A DNA stretch of 64,000 nucleotides from Rebecca billardiae RCC1528. Lineage: Eukaryota > Protista > Haptophyta. The first letter of the stretch is position 1, and each line of letters opens with the position of its first letter. The stretch is taken from assembly GCA_965240325.2 (NCBI GenBank), contig OZ251227.1, positions 3,425,301 to 3,489,300 of the forward strand, read 5' to 3'. A program made the translations under genes and the position numbers. The notes beneath the pieces are model-generated. The model saw only the letters and a list, made by a program, of their open reading frames with translations. It was not told where the DNA came from and made no database searches. This document shows, in pieces, positions 11,377-22,345 of this stretch.

Positions 11377-12678
11377 TCAGCGCACGCGCTGCTCACCCTT
11401 GGTCTCGACGCAGTCCTGCAGCCGACGCCGATAGGATTTGAACAGCGCCTGGATGAACTTCTTGTCGTTCCGTACCTCCTCGAACTTAGCCTTCACCACC
11501 TCCTCGAACTCCTTGAAGGTTGGCCGCTGCTTGCTCGGGTTGTCGGTGCACCACTTGTGCTTCCATGCGTTGAGAAGCTGCTCCACGCGCGCCCAGACAT
11601 GCTCAATGAGCGACAAGTCGGCGCTGTTCGGCGGCCAGCTACGGCCCGGCTGACCCTCGGTGGACTTGGGGCCAAGGTGTCCCTCGGGGCCAAACCGCTC
11701 GTCGAGCCATTGGCGCACAGCCAGCGCCGTGTGGGGTGAGGCACTGTCCTGCTGGAAGATCATCTGTCTGATGAAGTCGCCGAAGAGCGCCTGGGCCTCC
11801 TTGTCCAGGAAAGGCAGCACGTCGTTCAGGTACTCCTTCCAGCACACGCCACGGCACTGCTTGCCGCGACCATTCTCATGCGTGCGGCCGTGAGTGCCCG
11901 TGGCAAAATAGAGCGGCGTGATGCCGCGAGAGCAGGCGCCGGCGTAGCCATGGATCACGCAGTCACCTGCCTGGACCTGGTTCAGCTTGCGCTTGGGCTC
12001 GTCACGCAGCGTCCACGACATCACCGTGCTCCGGTTCGTGACGTCGAACTTGAAGTACTTCGAGTCGGTGAAGAACAGCCCGTCAACCATCGCCTTGACT
12101 CTCTGCAGCCACCGTGCGAACGCCACCCGCTTCTTCGCCTGCTGAGCCGTGATCTGCTTCCTCACCTTGAGCGGCTCCCAATCCATCTTCTTCCGCGCCG
12201 CGCGGCGTAGCGTCTCGTCGGAGACGTCGAGCGCGGACGCATCGAGCGATCCAGCACCGACGGCGCGGCACGCAGCCTTCCGCACACTCTGACCAGCCGG
12301 CCCGGCGCTGAGCTCGGACGTAAGCGCCGCCTGCGCCTCGGCACTGAGGCGTGGGCGTGGACCGCGCTTCGGCTTCCCGTCAGCATCAATGTGCCAGCCC
12401 TCCGTGTGCCAGTCCATGAACCACTTCTTCATCGTCTTCTCGGTGACCTCGGCCGACCGCGCCGCCCTCTGGAAAGCTGAGGCCAACGGAGAGCCTTCAT
12501 TGAGGCACAGCACGCACGCGCCGATCGCATGGTGAAACCTCTCCTCAGGGCCCAGGGCCTTCGGGTTGTAATCCAGAGCAATACACTCCCGCGATACCCG
12601 CCTGTTCGGAGCGTAGCCGACGCGGTGGGCGCCTTTGCGCCCGCGCCGATCTTTGGGCGCGGTCGGCGCGCGGCCCAT
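11377..12678 (-). CDS. IS630/Tc1-family DDE transposase (433 aa, DD47E)
   Basis: HTH region (AARSAEVTEKTMKKW, GPRPRLS, VSDETLRR) and KKRVAFAR. Catalytic motifs FFTDS, FQQDSASPH and WPPNSADLSLIEHVW. ORF is uninterrupted. Confidence 0.93.
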   Translation of the reverse strand: MGRAPTAPKDRRGRKGAHRVGYAPNRRVSRECIALDYNPKALGPEERFHHAIGACVLCLNEGSPLASAFQRAARSAEVTEKTMKKWFMDWHTEGWHIDADGKPKRGPRPRLSAEAQAALTSELSAGPAGQSVRKAACRAVGAGSLDASALDVSDETLRRAARKKMDWEPLKVRKQITAQQAKKRVAFARWLQRVKAMVDGLFFTDSKYFKFDVTNRSTVMSWTLRDEPKRKLNQVQAGDCVIHGYAGACSRGITPLYFATGTHGRTHENGRGKQCRGVCWKEYLNDVLPFLDKEAQALFGDFIRQMIFQQDSASPHTALAVRQWLDERFGPEGHLGPKSTEGQPGRSWPPNSADLSLIEHVWARVEQLLNAWKHKWCTDNPSKQRPTFKEFEEVVKAKFEEVRNDKKFIQALFKSYRRRLQDCVETKGEQRVR

Positions 12679-13153
12679 CAGCCGCCGCCGGCTGCTTGGC
12701 CACCAAAGATGACTGCACGTTACGTCCCGAGCCGCCCAAAGTTGATCTTACAGCTGACGAAGCGGTGTGGCCTCTATTCGAACTCGTTCCGTCCATGGCG
12801 AGCGCCCCAGCGACGCAGCCGCCGCGTGCGCTGGGGCCGCACGCCCTCGCGGATGTGCGCTGGGCACGAGCTCGGCGCCACGGGTTGAGCTCGTCGAGCT
12901 ATGACAAGCGGCGTGGCGCAAGTCCAACCCAGTGGAGGCCCCAACTGCCGGCCCCGCCGCCGCGCGGGAGCGTCCGATTAACCTCAGCTGCTCTGCGCAA
13001 GATGTGGGCTCCTGTGCCCCACCAACTCGCCGGAGGCGGACGACGCGCTGGGATCGCTGCACGGCGGGAATATCCCCGACCCATGTGGACCGACGCCGGC
13101 CTCGCTCGCCGTCGCCCTCGCCCTCGTTCCGACTTTTCTACTACCTGCTCACT

Positions 13154-13947
13154 TAGGGACCCACAAATTTAGTTGCCGGCTGCAGCAGGCACGACTTTGT
13201 CTCAGCCCGCACGCCCGCTACGCGCCGACCCGGGCAGAGCCCATCCGCCCGCGCATGCACCAGGCCCAGCCGCGTCAGTACATACCCACCCGGCCGCGGC
13301 ACCCGCGCTCTGTGCGCCACGGTGTCGATGCGCCCGGCAGTCGGTGCGCATGCACGAGCCAGCCGGCGGGCAGCTACGGGCTGGTTTTCGGCGTGGAGCG
13401 CGGTCGTGTGAGCTGCATTAATTCAGCTGACCCCCGGCTTTTGTGCATTCGGGAGTCGTGCTGCTACGGTGGGCGTGCCACGCGCCAACTCGACGCTGGC
13501 AAAATTAGGCGACGAAAGTGCACGCGCAGCCACACGCAGCCCATATTGATGCTCTCGGAGCAGGCTCGGGCATGCACTCGATCGGCTCTGGCTGACGGCA
13601 GCGCCAAGCTGGCGGCGCGGCGCGAGGGTGCATGCGTGGCGTGGGCGGAGCTACGTCGCACACGCACCGCGCGGCGCGCGGCTCAGCGCACGGAGGCTGC
13701 CGACAGCCGGCGGCACGCAGGCAGGTCTGCTCGCCGCCAGTCGAGCTCGCCGGCCGCCGGGTACCAAACGTCAACCCAGGATGCACAGCCACGCCTATTT
13801 GCGAGGACTCGAGCAATCGGGTCCGGGCGCACCTCATGTGCACGGCAGTGGAGTGGGCCAAGTACGCCCCTGGTATGGTGGCGCGCCGCTGCTTTGCTGC
13901 GCTGATATGGCGAACAATGTCGGGAGGCTTAAACTTGTGAGGGACTA
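13154..13947 (+). repeat. Right long terminal direct repeat (794 bp)
   Basis: Copy of 8364-9157, followed by TAG so that the junction reads TATA. Confidence 0.95.
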
Positions 13948-14237
13948 TAGAATAAAACCGCGGTGGTCGCTCGCCCTTGGCTTTTTGCCTTTTTCCGACG
14001 ACGCGCATCGTCGGATTTCTGCCGCGCCGGGCACGAGATTGGAGATAATTTTCTGCCGCGGGCACGCGCGTCCGGTGCAGCGCGGTCCGGCGGCACGGGC
14101 CTCATCGCCGCGCGCGCCCAAGCGGCGTCGCTGCGCGCACAGGCTGAGAGGGAGGGAGGCTTCCCAGCTGCGACCCCCGCCCCTGCGTGTGAGCGAGCGA
14201 CCCACGCACCCGCGGCGGCGAGGCCGGCAGGACTGGG

Positions 14238-15323
14238 ATGGCGCGGCGTGAGCACGGCTCGCCGGTGGGCCGGCAGCGCGGCGGCCTCGACGCCGCGCCG
14301 CCGCCCGACCCGCGCCGCGGCCCGCACCACGACCGCGCCGCGCCGCACCCGTGGGACGTGTCGCCGCGCGCGCCCGACCGCCACGAGCGCGACGGCGAGC
14401 GCCACCGGCCGACGGGCTCGCGCGAGGGCTCGTTCGGGCGCAGCGGCGGTGGCGGCGGCTTGAGCGGCGCCGCCCACGCCGCCGAGCGCGCCGACTCGCG
14501 CCGCCACTCCGCCGCCTCGGAGCGCGAAGGCGCGGGCGCGGCCGGCGAGGCGGGCGCGCGGCCGCCGCCGCGCGACGCGCATGAGGGCGGCGGCGGCGGC
14601 GCGGTGGAGGGCGGCACGGCGGGCGGCGCGGCCAACGGCTCGACCGACGCGCCCGCCGAGCCGGCCGACGGCGGCGCCGCCGCCGCCGCCGCGGAGGGCG
14701 GCGGCGGCGGCTCGGCGGGCACGCCTGCGGCCGCCGGCGCGGCCGGCGCGGCGGGTGAGGAGGCGTCGGCGGCCGCGGCCGACTCGGCGTCGTGCGCGGC
14801 GACGCCGGGCCCGACGCCCTCGCGCTCCGCCTCGATGCCGAGCGAGGGCGCCTCCGCCTCGCGCGCCACGCCCGGCGGCGGCGGCACGCCTGGCGGCGGC
14901 GGCGGCGGCACGGACGGCGGCCGACCGGGCGCGGTCTCGACGCCGACGGACGGCGGCTCCAACTCGGCGCTGCGTCGGATGTCGTCGGGCCCGTCGTCCG
15001 CGCTCGGCCCCACCTCGTCGCGCGGCTCCGCGCGCGCCTGGTTCCGCGCGCAGGGCTTCGCCTCGCAGCTCAAGAAGGAGCGGATCCGGGAGTTTCTCGT
15101 GGACGGCTGCAAGCTCTCCGGTTTCGTCAACTCGGCGACCAAGGACCGGCACCCGAGCCTCGGCGGCATCCTGGAGGTGTGCGCGCGTGCGTGCGCGTGC
15201 GCTGTGCGTGCGGGGGCTGCGCGCTCTGCGCCGCCCGCGCCTCACGCCCTCCCCGCGTGCTGCTGCTGTGTGCTGCTGTGTGCTGCTGCTGCTGCTGCTG
15301 CTGCCGCTGCTGCCGCTGCTGCG

Positions 15324-15373
<50 letters not shown>

Positions 15374-15550
15374 GACTGCTGCTGCTGCTGCTGCTGCTGC
15401 GCGCGCAGCTGCAGTGGGAGAGCCCGGAGGACGCGCTCGCGGCGGCGGAGGCGCTGCACGGCCGCACCTTCGAGGGCTTCATGCACTCGGAGCGCATCCC
15501 GCTCACCGTGCTGCCCGCGGGCACGACGGGCAGCGCCTTCTTAGAAGCGC

Positions 15551-15584
<34 letters not shown>

Positions 15585-16195
15585 GGGGCACCGCGGCACG
15601 CCGGGCGGCGGCGGCGGGTTTGGCGAGCGTGAGGCGCGCGGCGGCGGCGGCGGCACGCCGCTCAGCGGCGGCGGCGGCAGCACGGGCCACCTCGCCGAGC
15701 GCACCGAGCGCGAGCGCGAGCGCCTCGACCGCGAGCGCGAGCGCGAGCGCGAGCGCAACGAGCGCGAGAGAGACGCGCGCGAGCGCGAGCGCGCGGCGGA
15801 GCGCGCGGCGGAGCGCGGGTGCGGCGGCTCCGAGCGCGGCGGCGGGTCGGAGCGCGGGCTGCTCGGGCTGGACGGGCGCGGCGGCGGCGGCGGCGGCGCG
15901 GAGGGGCGCGCCGCCGACGCGCGCGAGCGCATCGCCGCGCTGCGCGAGCGCGAGCGCGCCGAGCGCGGCGCCGACGGCGGGCCGGCCGAGCGCGGCGGCG
16001 GCAGCGGGCCGGGCGGCGCGGCGGCGGGCGGCGGCGGCGGCGGCGGCGCCGAGCGGCGGCGCAACGGCGCCGACGGCGGCGCCGACGCGGACGGCGGCGG
16101 CGGGCTCGAGCTCGGCGCCGCCGAGCGCGGCGGCGGCGCGCCGCCCGGCGCCAAGGGCGGCGGCGCGCCGCCGCCGCCCGGCGGCGGCGCCGAGC

Positions 16196-16229
<34 letters not shown>

Positions 16230-17621
16230 GCTCGGCGCGCCGGTGCCGAGCGGCGGCGGCAGCAGCAGCGGCGGCGGCGGCTCGTCGCTCTCCTCGCGCT
16301 TCGCCGCGATCGCCGCCGACCCGCCGCCGTCCGAGCTCGCCGGCGGCGTCGACCTCGGCATCGGGCTCGACGCGCCGAGCGCCGCCGCGGCCGCGGCCGC
16401 GGCCGCCGCGGCCGCGGCCGCCGCCGCGGCGGGCGGCGCGGGCGCGGACGGTGCGGCGCTCGCCGCGGCCGCGGCCGCGCTGATGGCCGGCCCGGCCGGC
16501 TCGACCGTCGAGCGCCCGCCCAAGGAGGACGGCTCGCTCGAGCAGTACGAGTGCGTTCTCAACCCGGCCGACGGCGCGTCGCGCTGGCTCAACGTGCTGG
16601 ACGGCCTGCGGCTGCACTCGGAGGTGGTGCCGCCCGCGCTGGAGGAGGCGCTGTGCGAGATGGCGGACGCGCTGCTGGTGGACGGCGTGGAGGGGCGGCT
16701 GCTCGCGGGCACGTGCGCGGACACGCGCTCGTGGGCGCTCGCCGCCGGCCGGCCGCTCCTCATGTTCGGCGCGTGCGTCGAGCCCGCCGCCACGACCGAC
16801 GGCGGCGCCGCCCTCACCCCGACCGTCGCGCCGCACGTGCGCGCGGACCCGCTGCCGCCCTTCCTCGTGCAGCTCATCGACATCTTCGTCGACAAGGGGT
16901 GCGCGCCGTGCCGTGCGCGCCGTGCCGTGCCGGGGGCGCGCGAGCACACGCCGGGGCGGCCCGTGGCGCGGCGCTCCGCCGGCCCTCCGCCGGCCCGAGC
17001 GCGCGGGACAGGCAGCCCGGCACACCGCGCGCACACCGCGCGCGCACCGCGCACATATCGCGCTTGCGCTCACTCGCGCACTCGCCGCCCGCCCGCCCTC
17101 CGCGCCCGCCCGCCCTCCGCGCGGCCAGCCTGGTGAGCGAGGAGACGCGGCCGGACTCGGTGATCGTCTCCCGGTACGAGCTCGGCGACTACGACCCGCC
17201 GACAAAGGAGCAGGCAGCAGCGTTCGAACGGCCCGCGCTCGTGCTCACGCTCGGCGGCTCGCGCACGCTGCTGCTGGGGCAGGTGATCAGCACGCTGGCG
17301 GACGGCGCGTACCGCGGCGGCGCGCGGCTCACGCTGCCCAGGCGCTCGGTGCTCGTCGCCGACGCGCCCGCCGCCAGCGTGATGCTCGCCGCCAGCCCGC
17401 GCGCCACCGAGACATGCGTTGGGCTCACCTTCCGCCGCGTCGCCGAGCGGATGCACTCGGCCATGCTGCAGCTGCACGAGGCCGCGGTCGACGAGCCGCC
17501 CGGCCGGCCGCTGCTGCCCGCGCCGCTCGGCGCGGCGGGCGGCGCCGCGCCGCCGCCGGGCGGGTGGCTCGGCGCCGCCGCGCCGCCGCCCTTCAGCGTC
17601 GCGCCGCCGCCGTGGCCGTAG
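14238..17621 (+). CDS. RRM-like + ALKBH9/ALKBH5-like 2OG-Fe(II) dioxygenase-fold protein, metal ligands apparently lost (exons 14238-15176, 15409-16898, 17129-17621)
   Basis: RRM-like LQWESPEDALAAAEALHGRTFEG. AlkB-like NVLDGLRLHSEV, PLPPFL, PDSVIVSRYELGD, FERP, LPRRSVLV and GLTFRR. The GT-AG introns are phase-compatible. Confidence 0.75.
15258..15399 (+). repeat. Intronic (CTG)n microsatellite
   Basis: About 140 bp of interrupted CTG repeats in predicted intron 15177-15408. Confidence 0.9.
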
Positions 17622-18735
17622 CAGTAGCGCCCGCGGCCCGCCGCCGTTCAGTAGCGGCGAGCGCGCGGCTATGACTAGGCTCGACTAGGGCAGCGGATGA
17701 TGAGGCTGACGACTACCGGCGGCGCGCCGGCGGGCCGGGCCGCAGGACAGATGACTGATGATATGCTGACGATCGATATGTAGTATATATATATATGTAT
17801 ACGCCGGCGGCCTGCGGCGGCCCGGCAGGACCGAGTAATCGACAGCATTCGATCTGCTGCTATTCTGCTGCAGTGATACTGACGGACGACCGGACTATAG
17901 TCATCGTCATATATCACTAGACCGAGCGAGCGGGAGAGATCATCGTCGACTATCGTCATCGCGCGAGACTATACGACGTATACTCACTATACGCGGTCGC
18001 CGAGAGGCGAGAGACTCTCCGCCCTGACACTCTCCGAGAGAGTAGAGAGACAGTAGAGTGAGACCGCGGAGCACGCCACCCGCGGTCGTGAAGCGGAGTG
18101 ACCGGAGTAGCAGACGCGAGTCACGATCGACGGCGAGAGAGAGACGCGACGAGCGGCCAGCTGCTACGGACCGTTATAGTACAGAGAGCAGAGCCGAGCT
18201 ACATAGATCGACTAGGCTACAGCTGCGCCTGCAGTCTGCTGCGCCGCTGCGCTACTCATCGATATGAGCCAGTACTGCTAGCAGTATCAGACTCGCAGTA
18301 CGGCGCCGGCACTTCAGATCATCACGTCCGGCGGACTCGAGCTATAGTTGCGTAGAGAGTGATGAGTAGAGCGCGCGCAGCGCTAGATCGAATATCGCGT
18401 CGACGCCGACGGACCGGACGGAACTCACCGGAGACGATCGTCAGCACTGTAGTACTCGCGACTGAGACGATATACTGCTACATGCAACCCTCGTCACATA
18501 TCATCGTCATCGTAATCGTCGTATTATTATTCGGGCGACGACGCGTTGCGCGCCGGACTAGTAGATCGATCGGTCCGTATCATATCCGACGGTACTCGGG
18601 CGACGGTACTCCGCGGCGGGTACTCGGTAGTCATCGTTATTTAATTAATTATATTTATTAATATAATATAATATAATTATATTATATTATTCCGACGTCA
18701 TCTCGGACCGTCGTCGATGTCTGAGCCCGCGCGGA

Positions 18736-20426
18736 TCACGACGAAGCGGTATTCGTCGTCGTCACGGCCATGGCGCCTGCGCGCCGTCGCCGTCGCCGCC
18801 GCGGTCGTCCCCGCCGGGCGGCCGGGGAGACGACTGCTGCTGGTCCGCGGTCGTCCGCATGCTGGGCCGCGTCGCGTCCGCGTGCGGGCGATGATACGCG
18901 CGCGGTCACGGCGCTGTGCCGGTCACGCCCCGGGGCCTCCACGGCCAGCGGCGGCAGCCCGCCCACGCGCTCGGGAGGCAGCGTGGTCTGAAAGAGAGGA
19001 CAGTTTCGGCAGCCAAGCGTTGACCCAGGCGGGACACGCGCCGCCGTGCTGGTGCCGAGCGCGGCCGAGACCAAGCCGCACGAGTGCACGCCGCCGTCCG
19101 CCTCGACAAACAGCGAGTGCCTGCCGCCGACCGCGCACTCGACCACGCACCCGTGCGCGAGAGGCCCCTGCGCACGCGCGGCCACCCAGTCCGTAGGCTG
19201 CGACGGCGCCTCGAGCAGGCAAAGGTGCGAGCGCACGGCGCGTCCGAGCGCGTGCACGTCGCCGTCCGCGCCCAGCACGGCGCCCAGGCATGCACGGCCA
19301 GCGACGCCGCGCACGGCGCGCACGCCCGCGAGCGCCTCGATGCGCCTCGGGGCGTGCGTCACTTGGCCGAGGCCGTCCCACGCCGCGGCGTCCCCGCAAA
19401 AGTGCACGGCTCCCGCCGTGTCCACCACCAGGCTGTGGTAGCTGCCTGCGCTCACGTGCACGGCGTGCACGGCCGCGAGCGCCTCGATGCGCCTCGGCGT
19501 GTGCTGGTCCTCCTCGCCGCCGTGGCCGAGCCTGCCATACAGGCCGTCGCCGCACGAGTAGACGGCGCCGTCGGCAGACAGCAGCAGCGTGTGCGCAACG
19601 CCTGCCGCGACGCCGCCCGCGCGCACGCCGCCCAGCGCATCGATGCGCGTCGGCTTCCACCGCTCCTCCGTGTCGCCGTGGCCGAGCTGGCCGTCGGAGT
19701 TGGAGCCCCAGCTGTACGCACGGCCCGCGGCGCTGAGCGCGAGGCTGCCGCAACGCACACGGCGGGCTCACCGCGCAGCGTATGGGCGCGCGCAAAGTGG
19801 CGCCGTGGCCGATCGTTGCCCAGGCCTAGCTGGCCGCGCTCGTTCTCGCCGCAGCCGTACACGGCGCCGGCGTCGCTCAGCGCGAGCAGGTGGGCCGCAC
19901 CCGCAGCCACCGCGCGCACGCGCACCGCCGAGAGCGAGCCGACGCGCTCGGGCAAGTCCACAGCGTCCCGGTTCCCACGGCCTAGCGCCATGTGCGCCCG
20001 GCGGGTCCCCGTCTGCATCCACGTAGACTCCTCGCCGCACGTGTGCAGCCCGCCCTCCGCATCCACAAACGCGCTGAACCCCTCCCCGCACGCGACGACG
20101 GCCGAGTGCGCGCGCGCGCGCGCGTGCACGCGCTCGCGTGCGAAGAGCTCCTCCGTCCAGGTGCGCACGTCGCGGGGCAGCGCCGCCGGAAGTGCGCGAG
20201 CGTGCCCGCGCGCGCGAGCGCGCGCGCGCAGCGCGTGCTCGACCGGAGAGCGCTCGCCCGGCGCGCCGCGGAAGAGGCGCGCCGCGGCGTTGGCGGCGGA
20301 GAGGTCACGTGGCCGGTCGAGCATCGAGACGATGCGCTCGACGACCTCCACGGGCAGCTCGGCCAGCGCGCAGCCGGACGACGAGGGCGCAGGCGCCGTC
20401 GGGGCGAGCGGCTCGGAGAGCGCCAT
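18736..20426 (-). pseudogene. F-box-like + RCC1-repeat (UVR8/HERC-like) gene with a frameshift near 19748
   Basis: N-terminal LAELPVEVVERIVSML. RCC1 repeats (VAAGAAHLLAL...GQLGLG, WGSNSDGQLGHG, GRLGHG) are split between two frames at VCVAA / SLALSAAG, where the GxxH is missing. Confidence 0.7.
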
Positions 20427-22345
20427 CGGCGTGGCGAGAGGTGTGGCGGAGCGACGACGGTTGGCCACCGCAAGGGAGTCGGCACCGCGCGCTGCCGCGC
20501 TCCGCCGACAGCCGTCGCAAGGGAGGGTGCTTCCGCCACCGGCCGACCGCATTGAGAATGTCCGGGCCGCGAGTATGGCCGAGGATGCCCGGGCTGAGCA
20601 CGGGCGCGACACGAGCGCGACGCGAGATGGCACCTCCGCGCGTCTCCTCACGCGGAGAAGCACGCATACGTATTGCAGCCCATCGCCACGCACCTCCTGC
20701 GATGCCTCGTGCGTGTCGTGCCGCGCATCGCCCGCGTGGGCGCAGCACAGTCGGAGCGCGTGCGCGGGCCGCGACCAGTCCACCGATCAGATGCGCTGGT
20801 GAGGGCGCACGCACGGGCCAGGTATGCGTCACGCGCGGGCAGCCGGCGCTCGCGCGCCAAGCGGTCTCCCAGTTGCGCGCACGCGCCGCGCGAAGCGATC
20901 CGAGTCGTCGCCCATGCGCGCGCATCGGCATCTCGGCTGATTGCGCGTGTGGGCGCTCACGGCGATGCGCGCGGACACAGGCGCCGTCGGGCAGTACGCG
21001 ACGGCTCTCGCGCGCACCCTACGCGAGCATAACACGCCGTGCACGCCGGCCGCTCGGGTGGACCGCGCAGCGCCGCGCAAGCGGAGAGCGGTGCGGCCGC
21101 GCGGGAGGCGAATCGGCAGGGCGCGCGGCGGACGGCTCGTCGGGTGCGCGCGCGCGCTCGCGACGACAAGGGCGAGCGCGCCTAGCCCTGCGCCGATGGC
21201 GGGCTGGCGGGATGAGCGCCGCCGCACGGCGGCGCGGTCTCGGCGCGAGGCATCTTGGCGGGGTAGCGCGAGCCGCCAGGAGCGGATGGCGCCATTCGCG
21301 GATTCCGCGCCCCGAGCCGCGGGGTATGTACTGATGTTCGGCCTGAACGGGAAATACGTTGATTATCAGGCCGGCCGAGGAATCCGAAGTCATTCAGAAG
21401 CCAGACGCCACGAGTGGCGGTCTAGGTGGTTCACCGTGGTTGCGCCTCTCGTGCGGATGCGCGCGCGCCGATTGGGCGCTTTGATTGTCCGCTTACCGCC
21501 GGCGCATCTGGAAGAGCCTCGGATTCCGCCGCGCCCGCTGTGCGAAGGGGAGCCAAAGGCACCGGCCCACGCTCGCGCGAATTCGCGAGAAGTCGTCGGA
21601 TTTCGCTTTTTTTTGCGGCCTCGGGCCGCGCGGAATTCACGCCGACGGCGCGCTCGCGCCCGGGGCGCCTCGCCGCCCGGCCGTACAGCATCGCGCCGGC
21701 CGTGGGCTGGCGCACGGCGCTCGCTCGCGCGCAAGCGGCGCGCGGGCGGGGCCGAGGGGCGCTCGCGGGCGCGGCCAGCCGTGCGGGTCCGCGCCTCGCC
21801 GCGCGAGCGCCGCCGCTCGAGTAGCGCTTTCTCCGCGCCGCCGCGCGCCGGAGCCATCACTCACACCCAGTGTCCGACCGATGCGAATCGCTCGCGGCGC
21901 GCGACGAGCACGCGTGGCCGCACGCGCGCGGCCGTCGGGCTGGCGCGAGCGAGGGCGCGACGATGTGCGCGGCGGTGGGCTCGAGCCGCGCGGGCCGCGC
22001 CGCTGCGCCCGCGGCGCTCGCCACGGCGCCGCCAGCGTACTTGCGCCGCCCCGCCGCCGGGCCGGACCGATTGTGCTGGCCGCCGAGGCCCCCCGCGCGG
22101 AGTCTTTCGGGCGAGGGCCGCCCCGCTCTCCGGATAAGAAATTGCAATTCCTCGCGCGCGCATCATCCGTTTCGGCGCGAAGATGAGGGCGAACGTGCGG
22201 TGTGCGGTGCAAAGCCATCAAGCGGCGGCGGCCGGTCCCTCGCGACCAACGACCGTCTCGTCAGCACCGCACGGCACGGCAAAACATCGCGTCTCGGTCG
22301 CGCGCCGCCGCATCTCCGCACGACTCGCCGTCCCCGCGCGCGACG

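Larger units (their letters stand above)
8364..13947 (-). mobile_element. Composite-like IS630/Tc1/mariner DNA transposon with long terminal direct repeats
   Basis: 794-bp direct repeats at both ends, TATA on both outer flanks, internal transposase ORF, and 11-bp inverted repeats bounding the internal region. Confidence 0.85.

Noticed and set aside
12696-13172. Divergent 158-aa ORF upstream of the transposase
   Set aside because: No recognisable domain and it runs into the LTDR, so it is unsupported without expression data.
8364-13947. LTR retrotransposon interpretation of the direct repeats
   Set aside because: No TG...CA termini, no gag/RT/integrase, and the only enzyme is a Tc1-type transposase with TA junctions.
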